Position numbers and translations under genes: made by a program. A DNA stretch of 32,000 nucleotides, taken from positions 3,840,001-3,872,000 of the forward strand of contig NC_003272.1 of NCBI RefSeq assembly GCF_000009705.1, given 5' to 3'. The DNA is from Nostoc sp. PCC 7120 = FACHB-418 (GTDB lineage: Bacteria > Cyanobacteriota > Cyanobacteriia > Cyanobacteriales > Nostocaceae). Positions 24,972-32,000 of this stretch are shown here, in pieces. The notes under the pieces are model-generated. The model was not told the origin of the DNA, ran no database searches, and saw only the letters and a list, made by a program, of their open reading frames with translations. Each line of letters opens with the position of its first letter. Within the stretch, counting starts at the first letter, position 1.

Positions 24972-25718
24972 CTAGTTTTCATCTGTGGGTATTTGTTCTA
25001 CATAAGCTTCGGCTTGCAAGGTGAGCTTGCCTGTTTCTGCTGCTAATTGCTGCACTCGCAAGCTCATTCCTTCTAAATCGAAGTTGCTTAAGTTTAAAAT
25101 TTCGCTCGTTTGTTTTACTAAAGATTGTGTCAACTCTGGTGAGATTTCTTCACTGTTACCATAGGTGACATTCTCCAGCGTTACTGTTGTGCCATTAGCG
25201 CTAATATGGGGTTCGGCTGTAAAGGCAACTTGCTGCGGTTCGCTATTTTCTTCTAACAATATACTGGCATTTAAGGAAACTTTTCCCTCACCGGGTAAGC
25301 GAAAGTCTATTTGTTGAGGTGTGACTGTTTTTAGTTGCCCATTAATATGGATTTTCTGACTTTGAATTTTGGAGATAATAAACTCAGAATTAAAGGCGCG
25401 GTTAATATCTGCTTCTGTTAAAACAACCCGCGCACTGCCAACTGTAGGTTTAGTAAGTTCAATCTTGCCAAATGCGGCACTTAAAGGATTAATAGCAACA
25501 CTATTGACCTGCATTTTCATTTCCTCCACTCGGAGGTCTTTCTGCATAACCAAACCTTCACCATTAATCTCGACTGTATCCACCTGTCCCTGAACTAGTT
25601 TTAGTGGATCAGTTTTGATACTTACATCCAAGTTATCTACTTCATCTAATTGGCTAGAAAGCCCAATTTCTGCTGCTTTATTCAGCGCTTGTTCTCCTAA
25701 CCCGGTGGAATCCGGCAT
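24972..25718 (-). CDS. DUF2993 (LmeA-like) family protein
   Basis: Pattern ...LDVSIKTDPLKLVQGQVDTVEINGEGLVMQKDLRVEEMKMQVNSVAIN..., with a second similar half. It ends 11 nt upstream of the DUF2231-like gene on the same strand. Confidence 0.5.
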   Translation of the reverse strand: MPDSTGLGEQALNKAAEIGLSSQLDEVDNLDVSIKTDPLKLVQGQVDTVEINGEGLVMQKDLRVEEMKMQVNSVAINPLSAAFGKIELTKPTVGSARVVLTEADINRAFNSEFIISKIQSQKIHINGQLKTVTPQQIDFRLPGEGKVSLNASILLEENSEPQQVAFTAEPHISANGTTVTLENVTYGNSEEISPELTQSLVKQTSEILNLSNFDLEGMSLRVQQLAAETGKLTLQAEAYVEQIPTDEN

Positions 25719-25978
25719 TATTATTTAATCTCCCAAAATTTAAATATCCTTGAGTCAATTTAGACAACTCAAATAAAATTTTTATCTATCTAGAGATGGA
25801 GTAAATATTGAATTGTTGTCTGCCTAGAAGTAGAAGTGTATTCTTCTCTAAAGAAAATCTTTGTTTTCTATCTTGAGTTACGTAGCTAATCGTTCAAAGG
25901 AAGGAGGAAAGTCCACAAAGAACTATGTCACTCTGAGAGAAGTTAAGAATCCGACTACTTTTCTGAGGAGAACATAGA

Positions 25979-27034
25979 ATGGTATCAACTTTAGATGATA
26001 CAAAGCGTAATGCTATTGCTGAGAAATTAGCAGATGCCAAGCTTCTTCAAGAGTTAATAATTGAAAATCAGGAAAGATTTTTAAGAGAATCAACTGATAA
26101 TGAAATCTCTAATCGCATTCGTGATTTTCTAGAAGATGACCGGAAAAACTTAGGCATTATAGAGACTGTCATTGTTCAATATGGTATACAAAAAGAACCA
26201 AGACAAACAGTCCGCGAAATGGTTGACCAAGTTCGCCAATTAATGCAAGGTTCCCAACTAAATTTCTTTGAAAAAGTAGCTCAACATGAGTTGCTGAAGC
26301 ACAAACAAGTTATGAGCGGTTTGCTGGTTCACAAAGCAGCCCAAAAAGTGGGTGCTGATGTGCTGGCTGCTATTGGCCCCCTAAACACAGTTAACTTTGA
26401 GAACCGCGCTCACCAAGAACAACTCAAAGGTATTTTAGAAATTTTGGGCGTTCGTGAACTCACCGGACAAGACGCAGATCAAGGTATTTGGGGACGAGTT
26501 CAAGATGCGATCGCTGCATTTAGTGGTGCAGTTGGTAGCGCAGTTACCCAAGGTTCTGATAAGCAAGATATGAATATCCAAGATGTGATCCGCATGGATC
26601 ACAACAAAGTAAATATTTTGTTTACTGAACTACAACAAAGCAATGATCCTCAAAAAATCCAAGAGTATTTTGGTCAAATCTACAAGGATTTAACTGCTCA
26701 TGCCGAAGCAGAAGAAGAAGTCCTCTACCCCAGAGTGCGTTCTTTCTACGGTGAAGGCGACACCCAAGAACTGTACGACGAACAATCGGAAATGAAGCGC
26801 CTGTTAGAGCAAATCAAGGCTATCAGCCCCTCTGCTCCTGAATTCAAGGATAGAGTTAGACAATTGGCTGATATTGTCATGGATCACGTCCGTCAAGAAG
26901 AAAGCACCTTGTTTGCTGCTATTCGCAACAACCTCAGTTCTGAACAAACTGAGCAATGGGCTACCGAATTTAAAGCCGCTAAGAGCAAAATTCAACAAAG
27001 ATTAGGTGGTCAAGCTACTGGCGCAGGTGTTTAG
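25979..27034 (+). CDS. Hemerythrin (HHE cation-binding) domain protein with an N-terminal helical domain
   Basis: The C-terminal ~150 aa carry DVIRMDHNKV..., LTAHAEAEEEVLYPRVR and MDHVRQEESTLF (H/E metal ligands). A GAGGAG Shine-Dalgarno motif lies 8 nt before the ATG. Confidence 0.7.
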   Translation: MVSTLDDTKRNAIAEKLADAKLLQELIIENQERFLRESTDNEISNRIRDFLEDDRKNLGIIETVIVQYGIQKEPRQTVREMVDQVRQLMQGSQLNFFEKVAQHELLKHKQVMSGLLVHKAAQKVGADVLAAIGPLNTVNFENRAHQEQLKGILEILGVRELTGQDADQGIWGRVQDAIAAFSGAVGSAVTQGSDKQDMNIQDVIRMDHNKVNILFTELQQSNDPQKIQEYFGQIYKDLTAHAEAEEEVLYPRVRSFYGEGDTQELYDEQSEMKRLLEQIKAISPSAPEFKDRVRQLADIVMDHVRQEESTLFAAIRNNLSSEQTEQWATEFKAAKSKIQQRLGGQATGAGV

Positions 27035-27073
27035 AACTTAGCACTAGCTACCGCTAACATAATTGTTTTTGTT

Positions 27074-27115
27074 GCCCGTTCATTCCTTGTTTTATGGAGT
27101 GGGCGGGCTGTTTTG
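27074..27115 (+). terminator. Rho-independent terminator of the hemerythrin-domain gene
   Basis: GCCCGUUCAUUCC (27074-27086) pairs with GGAGUGGGCGGGC (27096-27108). The stem is 13 bp including 3 G-U pairs, the loop is 9 nt, and UGUUUUG follows. Confidence 0.65.
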
Positions 27116-27122
27116 ATGATTG

Positions 27123-27266
27123 CTTATAATACCAACTCAATTGATGATTGCAACACATCATTGGGTAAAGACGCGATGAATTGCGGGGTGAAGAAGACGC
27201 GATGAATCGCGTCTCTACAGATGTTTGATTTGTCGCATTCTTTTTTCAAATTGGTATAACTTATAA
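27123..27266. mobile_element. MITE-like insertion (~144 bp) with terminal inverted repeats CTTATAATACC / GGTATAACTTATAA
   Basis: The ends were read directly. Its sub-terminal sequence is related to the element at 3520-3646. It carries the palindromic small repeat at 27195-27214. Confidence 0.4.
27169..27214. repeat. Tandem pair of a small palindromic dispersed-repeat unit (AGACGCGATGAAT...)
   Basis: The copy at 27195-27214 is AGACGCGATGAATCGCGTCT, with 9-bp perfect arms. The copy from 27169 (AGACGCGATGAATTGCGGGG) has a degenerate right arm. It resembles the small dispersed repeats described in Nostoc genomes. Confidence 0.6.
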
Positions 27267-27298
27267 TTAATAGGACTTGGTCTCAGGAGATTGACATC

Positions 27299-27904
27299 AT
27301 GACACATATCTCCCCAAAAACACTTACTTGTGAAGATTTTCTCTGTCAATACCGAGACAATCCCCGTTATGAATTAGCAGATGGAGAATTAATTGATATG
27401 GAACCCACTGGCCCCCACGAAACGGTGAGTGGCAAGTTGGCAACCCAAATTGGGATCTACCTCGTCTCAGAACAACTCCCTTGGTTTATTCCTCGCACTT
27501 GTTTAATTTATCCCTTCGCAGATACAGCTACAGCTCGTCGTCCTGATATTGTAGTCCTCGATGAAACTGTTCTCGACCGTGAACCCCTTTGGACACGAGA
27601 ACCTGTAATTACAACGGGACGCTCAATTAAACTGGTGGTGGAAGTTGTTAGTACCAACTGGGAAACTGACTATGCTCGGAAGGTTGAGGAATATGCCCTC
27701 TTAGGAATTCCTGAATATTGGATTGTCGATTATCGAGGCTTGGGCGGTGTAACGTTTATTGGTAAACCTAAACAACCTACATTTACTGTTTGTCAGCTGG
27801 TTGAAGATACTTATACTCAGCAACAATACCGACTAAATCAAACAATTAACTCACCGCTTTTGCCTGGTCTGCAACTTCGTTTAGATGACGTTCTGCCTCG
27901 TTAA
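27299..27904 (+). CDS. Uma2-family (DUF820) putative endonuclease
   Basis: Motifs ELIDMEPTGPHETVSGKL, RRPDIVVL, LVVEVVSTNWETDYARKVEEYALLGIPEYWIVD (PD-(D/E)xK-like core), 201 aa. Confidence 0.8.
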   Translation: MTHISPKTLTCEDFLCQYRDNPRYELADGELIDMEPTGPHETVSGKLATQIGIYLVSEQLPWFIPRTCLIYPFADTATARRPDIVVLDETVLDREPLWTREPVITTGRSIKLVVEVVSTNWETDYARKVEEYALLGIPEYWIVDYRGLGGVTFIGKPKQPTFTVCQLVEDTYTQQQYRLNQTINSPLLPGLQLRLDDVLPR

Positions 27905-28024
27905 ATGCAATTTTTACGAGTGCTATTGTAGTCAACATTGCAAAAAATCTGTGAAAGCGATCGCTCTTGGCGGTTCCTATGAATGATAATTTTAAGCATT
28001 GGGAACCCTTAACAATCGAAGTTT

Positions 28025-28711
28025 ATGAACGCAGCCGACGATAAAACCATTGTTCGTGAGTATTTCAATTCCACGGGGTTTGACCGATGGAAACGCATTT
28101 ATGGCGATGGCGAAGTCAACAAAGTCCAACTCGACATCCGCAATGGTCATCAGCAAACGGTGGATAGTGTCATCGGCTGGCTAAAAAATGACGGCAATTT
28201 AGCGGAGTTATCCATTTGTGATGCTGGCTGTGGCGTGGGTAGTCTCAGCATTCCCCTAGCGACAGAAGGGGCTAAAGTCTACGCCAGCGACATTTCCGAG
28301 AAAATGGTGGAAGAAGGCAAGCAGAGAGCCTTAGAAACCTTGGGAAATGCCGAAAATCCCACTTTTGCTGTGCAGGATTTGGAATCCTTGAGTGGTAGTT
28401 ATCACACTGTTATTTGCTTGGATGTACTCATTCACTACCCCCAAGAAAAAGCTGATGAAATGATTTCTCACCTCTGTTCTTTGGCACAGTCTAGAATCAT
28501 TCTCAGTTTTGCACCCAAAACCTGCGCCTTGACTTTACTCAAGAAAATTGGCAGTTTCTTTCCTGGCCCAAGTAAAACCACCCGCGCCTATCTACACCGT
28601 GAAGCTGATGTCATCAAAATATTAGAAAGCAACGGCTTTGCTATTCAAAGAAAAGAGTTCACTAAAACTCGTTTCTACTTCTCCCGCATATTAGAAGCAA
28701 CACGTTCTTAA
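28025..28711 (+). CDS. chlM: Magnesium-protoporphyrin IX O-methyltransferase
   Basis: It is near-collinear with cyanobacterial ChlM as I remember it: DDKTIVREYFNSTGFDRWKRIYGDG, ICDAGCGVGSLSIPLA, VICLDVLIHYP, FPGPSKTTRAY and RFYFSRILEA. Confidence 0.93.
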   Translation: MNAADDKTIVREYFNSTGFDRWKRIYGDGEVNKVQLDIRNGHQQTVDSVIGWLKNDGNLAELSICDAGCGVGSLSIPLATEGAKVYASDISEKMVEEGKQRALETLGNAENPTFAVQDLESLSGSYHTVICLDVLIHYPQEKADEMISHLCSLAQSRIILSFAPKTCALTLLKKIGSFFPGPSKTTRAYLHREADVIKILESNGFAIQRKEFTKTRFYFSRILEATRS

Positions 28712-28791
28712 ATTAGATATTGGAAACTGGGGAAGAAGCAGGGGAGGTGATAAAAAGATTTTCCCTTTTCCCCCTGCACCCTGCCCCTCTG

Positions 28792-28819
28792 CCCATTACC
28801 CATTCCCCATTCCCCAATG
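28792..28819. repeat. STRR1-like heptamer array (cccatta cccattc cccattc cccaatg)
   Basis: Read directly. The last unit supplies the ATG (28817) of the nucleoside hydrolase gene. Confidence 0.85.
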
Positions 28820-29743
28820 CGTAAGTTTATCATCGACACAGATACCGCCTCAGATGATGCTGTAGCCCTCATCATGGCGCATCATTGGCCGGACGTTGAA
28901 ATTGTGGCGGTAACAATCGTCAACGGAAATGTCCCCGTTGAGCAAGGAGTCAAAAACGCCTTATACACAATTCAAGTATGCAACGCCTCTACACCTGTAT
29001 ATGTCGGCTGCACCAAGCCAATACTACGGGAATCTCTTTATGCTGATTGGTTTCACGGCAAAGATGGTATGGGTAATATGTACTACCCTGAGCCAAAAAG
29101 CAAGCCAGAATCAGCACACGCCACTGATGTAATTATTGACATTATCAAACAATACCCTGGTGAAATTACCCTGGTGACCCTGGGGCCGTTGACAAATATT
29201 GCTACTGCACTACTCAAAGCGCCGGAGATTGCCCAACTAGTGCAGCGTTGCGTGATTATGGGTGGTGCAGCGAATACAGTGGGTAATGTCACACCTGCGG
29301 CTGAATATAACATTTGGGTAGACCCAGAAGCCGCTAAGATTGTCTTTCATAGTGGAATGCCGATGGAAATGGTCGGTTGGGAGTTGAGCCGTCACGATGC
29401 GGCGTTGACTTTTGCAGAAGTAGAAACAGTGATGAATTTCGGCACGGAAAGGGCGCGTTTGGCGATGGAGTGTAACAGGACAGCCTTGGATGTTGCCATG
29501 AGAGAGCAAGGTGCTGTTGGTCTCACCTTAGCTGATCCTGTGGCGATCGCAGTTGCGCTTGATCCAGATATTGTTACACGTCAAGGAAAATACTTCGTCG
29601 ATGTGGAAATTACGAGCGAACTAACTAGAGGTGCTACAGTCGTTGATGAGTTAGAAGTGCTAAATAAAAGTCCAAATATGAATGTGATTTGGGCAATAAA
29701 TGTGATGGGATGGAAGGAAATTTTGTATTGTTGTTTACACTAG
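28817..29743 (+). CDS. Nucleoside hydrolase (IUNH family)
   Basis: N-terminal IIDTDTASDDAVAL (DxDxxxDD fingerprint), 308 aa. Confidence 0.85.
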   Translation: MRKFIIDTDTASDDAVALIMAHHWPDVEIVAVTIVNGNVPVEQGVKNALYTIQVCNASTPVYVGCTKPILRESLYADWFHGKDGMGNMYYPEPKSKPESAHATDVIIDIIKQYPGEITLVTLGPLTNIATALLKAPEIAQLVQRCVIMGGAANTVGNVTPAAEYNIWVDPEAAKIVFHSGMPMEMVGWELSRHDAALTFAEVETVMNFGTERARLAMECNRTALDVAMREQGAVGLTLADPVAIAVALDPDIVTRQGKYFVDVEITSELTRGATVVDELEVLNKSPNMNVIWAINVMGWKEILYCCLH

Positions 29744-29781
29744 TCTGGGTTGGAGTAGGGAAAGATTACACCAAATCTCTT

Positions 29782-29802
29782 TAATTTTGAATTTTGAATT
29801 GT
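29782..29802. repeat. STRR heptamer array (taatttt gaatttt gaattgt)
   Basis: Read directly. Same unit family as 7347-7374. Confidence 0.7.
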
Positions 29803-29864
29803 TACTGGAACCTTTGGCAAAGTGAGGTTAAAATCACAAACAAAGTGTAAATCTGGAGTGAAAC

Positions 29865-30353
29865 ATGAAGACTGCTGAAAAGTTAGCTACAGGTTGGCTA
29901 TTAACACTCGGATTCATGTTTTTGACGGTATCTGTCTCTGCGATAATTCAAAGAAATACGATGCTCAAGCCCATCGCCACGGGCGAAAATGAGGAGATGG
30001 TACAGGAGTATGTGAACAGGGATGCTCTTCATGCCCTGGATAATACTGCTACCCAAGGTGTAATTTTCGGCGTACCGACGATGATTTTGGGGATATGGTT
30101 GGGTGTGGGAATGTATTTACAAAACAAAAATTCCCAAAAGGCTCTTCAACAACAATTAAGCGATCGCCTACAGTCTGTTTTTTATCACATGATCCAAGAA
30201 AATCAAGGACGCATCACAGTTTTAGGTTTTGCGATGCAGTCACAACTACCTGCAACCGTTGCTAGAGAATATTTAGATTATAAAGCTAAAGAATTCAACG
30301 CTAATTTTCAGGTCAATGAGGAAGGCTCGGTATCATATCATTTTGATGTCTAA
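29865..30353 (+). CDS. Hypothetical membrane protein (two predicted TM helices plus a soluble C-terminal domain)
   Basis: 162-aa ORF with an ATG start. Hydrophobic segments are WLLTLGFMFLTVSVSAII and VIFGVPTMILGIWLGVGMYL. No family recognised. Confidence 0.5.
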   Translation: MKTAEKLATGWLLTLGFMFLTVSVSAIIQRNTMLKPIATGENEEMVQEYVNRDALHALDNTATQGVIFGVPTMILGIWLGVGMYLQNKNSQKALQQQLSDRLQSVFYHMIQENQGRITVLGFAMQSQLPATVAREYLDYKAKEFNANFQVNEEGSVSYHFDV

Positions 30354-30364
30354 TTCCCCATCTA

Positions 30365-30745
30365 ATGACGCAGATTTTTGTTAGCATAGCTGCCATTTTA
30401 GGCGGTTTGTCCGTTGCCGCCGGGGCTTTCGCTTCCCATGCCCTGCGGGAAAGAATTAGTGAGCGATCGCTGGAAATCTTCGACACTGGCGCTCGCTACC
30501 AAATGTATCATGCCCTCGCGCTTTTGCTAGTCGCTCTCCTCATCAGTCGTACCCCAACCCCACCCACTACCTTATTAGCTAGTGGGTGGTTATTCATCAT
30601 CGGTATAGCAATTTTTTCTGGCAGCCTGTATGCCCTCAGTTTAACTGGAATTAAAATCTTAGGGGCGATCACTCCCCTTGGTGGTGTCGCTTTTTTGCTT
30701 GGCTGGGGCGCGTTAGCTGTTGCCGCTTTTAGTATAAAGCTTTAA
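30365..30745 (+). CDS. DUF423 (YgdD/TMEM256-like) membrane protein
   Basis: Motifs GGLSVAAGAFASHAL and ARYQMYHALALL, four TM helices, 126 aa. Confidence 0.8.
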   Translation: MTQIFVSIAAILGGLSVAAGAFASHALRERISERSLEIFDTGARYQMYHALALLLVALLISRTPTPPTTLLASGWLFIIGIAIFSGSLYALSLTGIKILGAITPLGGVAFLLGWGALAVAAFSIKL

Positions 30746-30774
30746 ATCTCAGTGCTGAGTAATTTATCTCGTAG

Positions 30775-30791
30775 GGTGGGCATTGCCCACC
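30775..30791. repeat. Palindromic element GGTGGGCA-T-TGCCCACC between convergent genes
   Basis: 8-bp perfect arms, embedded in GTAGGGTGGGCATTGCCCACCACATTAC. A second small hairpin CTCAG-TG-CTGAG lies at 30749-30760. It could act as a bidirectional terminator for the DUF423 gene and gltX. Confidence 0.5.
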
Positions 30792-30801
30792 ACATTACGT
30801 T

Positions 30802-32000
30802 CTAGCTAACTGCGATCGCCTGATTCAAGCGTGGCTTATCCAAGCCAATCTGATTCAAGAGCAACCAAGATTGAATTAAGTCTGGGCCATGCACATCACC
30901 GGTGAGGGCGACTCTGAGCGATCGCATGACTAAACCTTTCTTCACATTTTGACCTTTCACCACCTGCTTAATTATGTCTTGGGCAGCCGTTTCTGTGAGT
31001 TGCGCTTGAGTCTCCAAGGCGGCGATAATTGCCTCAAGCACGGCTTTAGAACCTTCTTGCTGCAATTGTTTGCTACCTTCTTCGCTCAATTCCACTGTCT
31101 CAGTAAAAAACAGTTTGCTCATATCTACCGCATCGGTTAACCGGGTCAAGCTGGCGCTAAGTAAACCCACCAACTGTTCTAACCAAGGGCGATCGCGTCC
31201 CCCAGCCAATGAATATCCAGCCGCTTCCCAATAGGGAATGAGTAAATCAGTCAACTGATCAACTGGGGTATTGTGAATATATTGACTGTTCAACCAATCT
31301 AGTTTCGCCCAGTCAAATTTTGCCCCGGCTTTATTCACCCGCTCAAAAGTAAATTCTTTGGCGGCTGCTTCTAAGGTAAATATTTCTTGGGTAGAATCTG
31401 GTGGCGACCAACCAAGCAAGGTCATGTAGTTGACTAAACCTTCGGATGTGAAACCCATTTGCTTAAAGTCAGAAATGGAAGTCACTCCATCCCGCTTGGA
31501 GAGCTTACGCCCTTCCATATTTAAAATTAGGGGAGTATGGGCGAACTCTGGGATTTTTGCCCCAAAGGCTTCGTATAGCAGAATTTGCTTGGCTGTATTG
31601 GCAATGTGGTCTTCTCCCCGGATGACATGACTGATTTGCATATCGATGTCATCAATCACCACAACGAAATTATATAACGGCTGACCAGTATCATTTTCGG
31701 AAGCACGGGCGATGACCATATCACCGCCTAAATCACTGCCTCGCCAAGACATCTTACCCCGTACTAAGTCATTCCAGACGATTTCTCGCTCATCATCGAT
31801 TTTAAAGCGGATGACAAAACTGCGTCCTTGGGCTTTAAATTCGGCTTCTTGTTCTGGGGTAAGGTGGCGGTGACGGTTGTCGTAACGCGGGGCTTCACCT
31901 TTAGCTTTTTGCCCTTCTCGTAGGGCTTCTAGTTCTTCTGATGTGGTGTAGCAGCGATAGGCTAAACCCTGATCTAAAAGTTGTTTTACGGCTTTTTGAT
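30802..32000 (-). CDS. gltX: Glutamate--tRNA ligase, 5'-truncated by the window edge
   Basis: The track ORF (30802..31752) begins at an internal Met. I translated the same frame upstream and it stays open to position 32000: ...[98 protein letters not shown]... The KLSKRDG (KMSKS-type) motif is also present. Confidence 0.92.
   Translation of the reverse strand, partial: QKAVKQLLDQGLAYRCYTTSEELEALREGQKAKGEAPRYDNRHRHLTPEQEAEFKAQGRSFVIRFKIDDEREIVWNDLVRGKMSWRGSDLGGDMVIARASENDTGQPLYNFVVVIDDIDMQISHVIRGEDHIANTAKQILLYEAFGAKIPEFAHTPLILNMEGRKLSKRDGVTSISDFKQMGFTSEGLVNYMTLLGWSPPDSTQEIFTLEAAAKEFTFERVNKAGAKFDWAKLDWLNSQYIHNTPVDQLTDLLIPYWEAAGYSLAGGRDRPWLEQLVGLLSASLTRLTDAVDMSKLFFTETVELSEEGSKQLQQEGSKAVLEAIIAALETQAQLTETAAQDIIKQVVKGQNVKKGLVMRSLRVALTGDVHGPDLIQSWLLLNQIGLDKPRLNQAIAVS

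Noticed and set aside
27148-27156. TTGCAACAC inside the MITE-like element matches the first 9-10 nt of the CRISPR repeat
   Set aside because: The match is short, with no continuation into the palindromic core or the ATTGAAAC end. It is most likely coincidence.
2642-31630. About 30 short track ORFs nested in or antisense to recognisable genes. Examples: 2642-2851, 3083-3304, 3755-4096, 4329-4520, 6644-6982, 7119-7385, 10057-10266, 10987-11283, 11711-11917, 12848-13051, 15992-16240, 16197-16415, 16452-16703, 17268-17480, 17943-18149, 21158-21358, 21614-21820, 21997-22185, 22309-22539, 22960-23172, 23844-24065, 24479-24739, 24794-25024, 25369-25593, 26804-26998, 28929-29132, 29083-29313, 29237-29509, 30949-31140, 31430-31630
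   Set aside because: Each overlaps a longer ORF with clear family motifs and has a low-complexity or Cys/Arg/Ser-rich shadow-frame composition. None shows a motif I recognise.

Overview
The window looks like a chromosomal segment of a heterocyst-forming Nostocales cyanobacterium. About 33 copies of the HIP1 palindrome GCGATCGC are present (counted by eye), and heptameric STRR arrays sit in most intergenic gaps. The gene order bgtB-like, ADP-ribosylglycohydrolase, crtW matches my memory of Nostoc/Anabaena sp. PCC 7120 alr3187-alr3189; this is not verified. All calls rest on reading the sequence and recognising motifs in the ORF translations; no searches were run.

Content: a CRISPR array of nine identical 37-nt repeats lies at 120-737, with no cas gene anywhere in the following 31 kb. 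There are about 36 credible CDS, mostly housekeeping or conserved cyanobacterial genes: cobU, two GT2 glycosyltransferases plus a hexapeptide acetyltransferase, rsmG, bcp/prxQ, hpf/lrtA, lipB, bgtB-like, crtW, gatC, ycf3, an SRAP peptidase, GST, chlM, a nucleoside hydrolase and a partial gltX.

Most interesting items:
1. A same-strand three-gene cluster at 7390-11751: DUF1822, then a protein fusing a caspase-fold (CHAT/HetF-like) His-Cys domain to a membrane CHASE2 sensor with no other output domain, then a secreted DUF928 protein. This could be a ligand-gated protease signalling or conflict module of unknown function.
2. A 50-codon psaJ-like ORF at 19947-20099 that is absent from the ORF track. 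It lies in an AT-rich, HIP1-free stretch beside crtW.
3. CRISPR oddities: a cas-less context, and two adjacent spacers that share an 11-nt prefix, one of them 44 nt long.
4. Two related MITE-like insertions, nested palindromic small repeats, and STRR arrays that supply start or stop codons.

Most short ORFs in the track that overlap or run antisense to recognisable genes are rejected as spurious.
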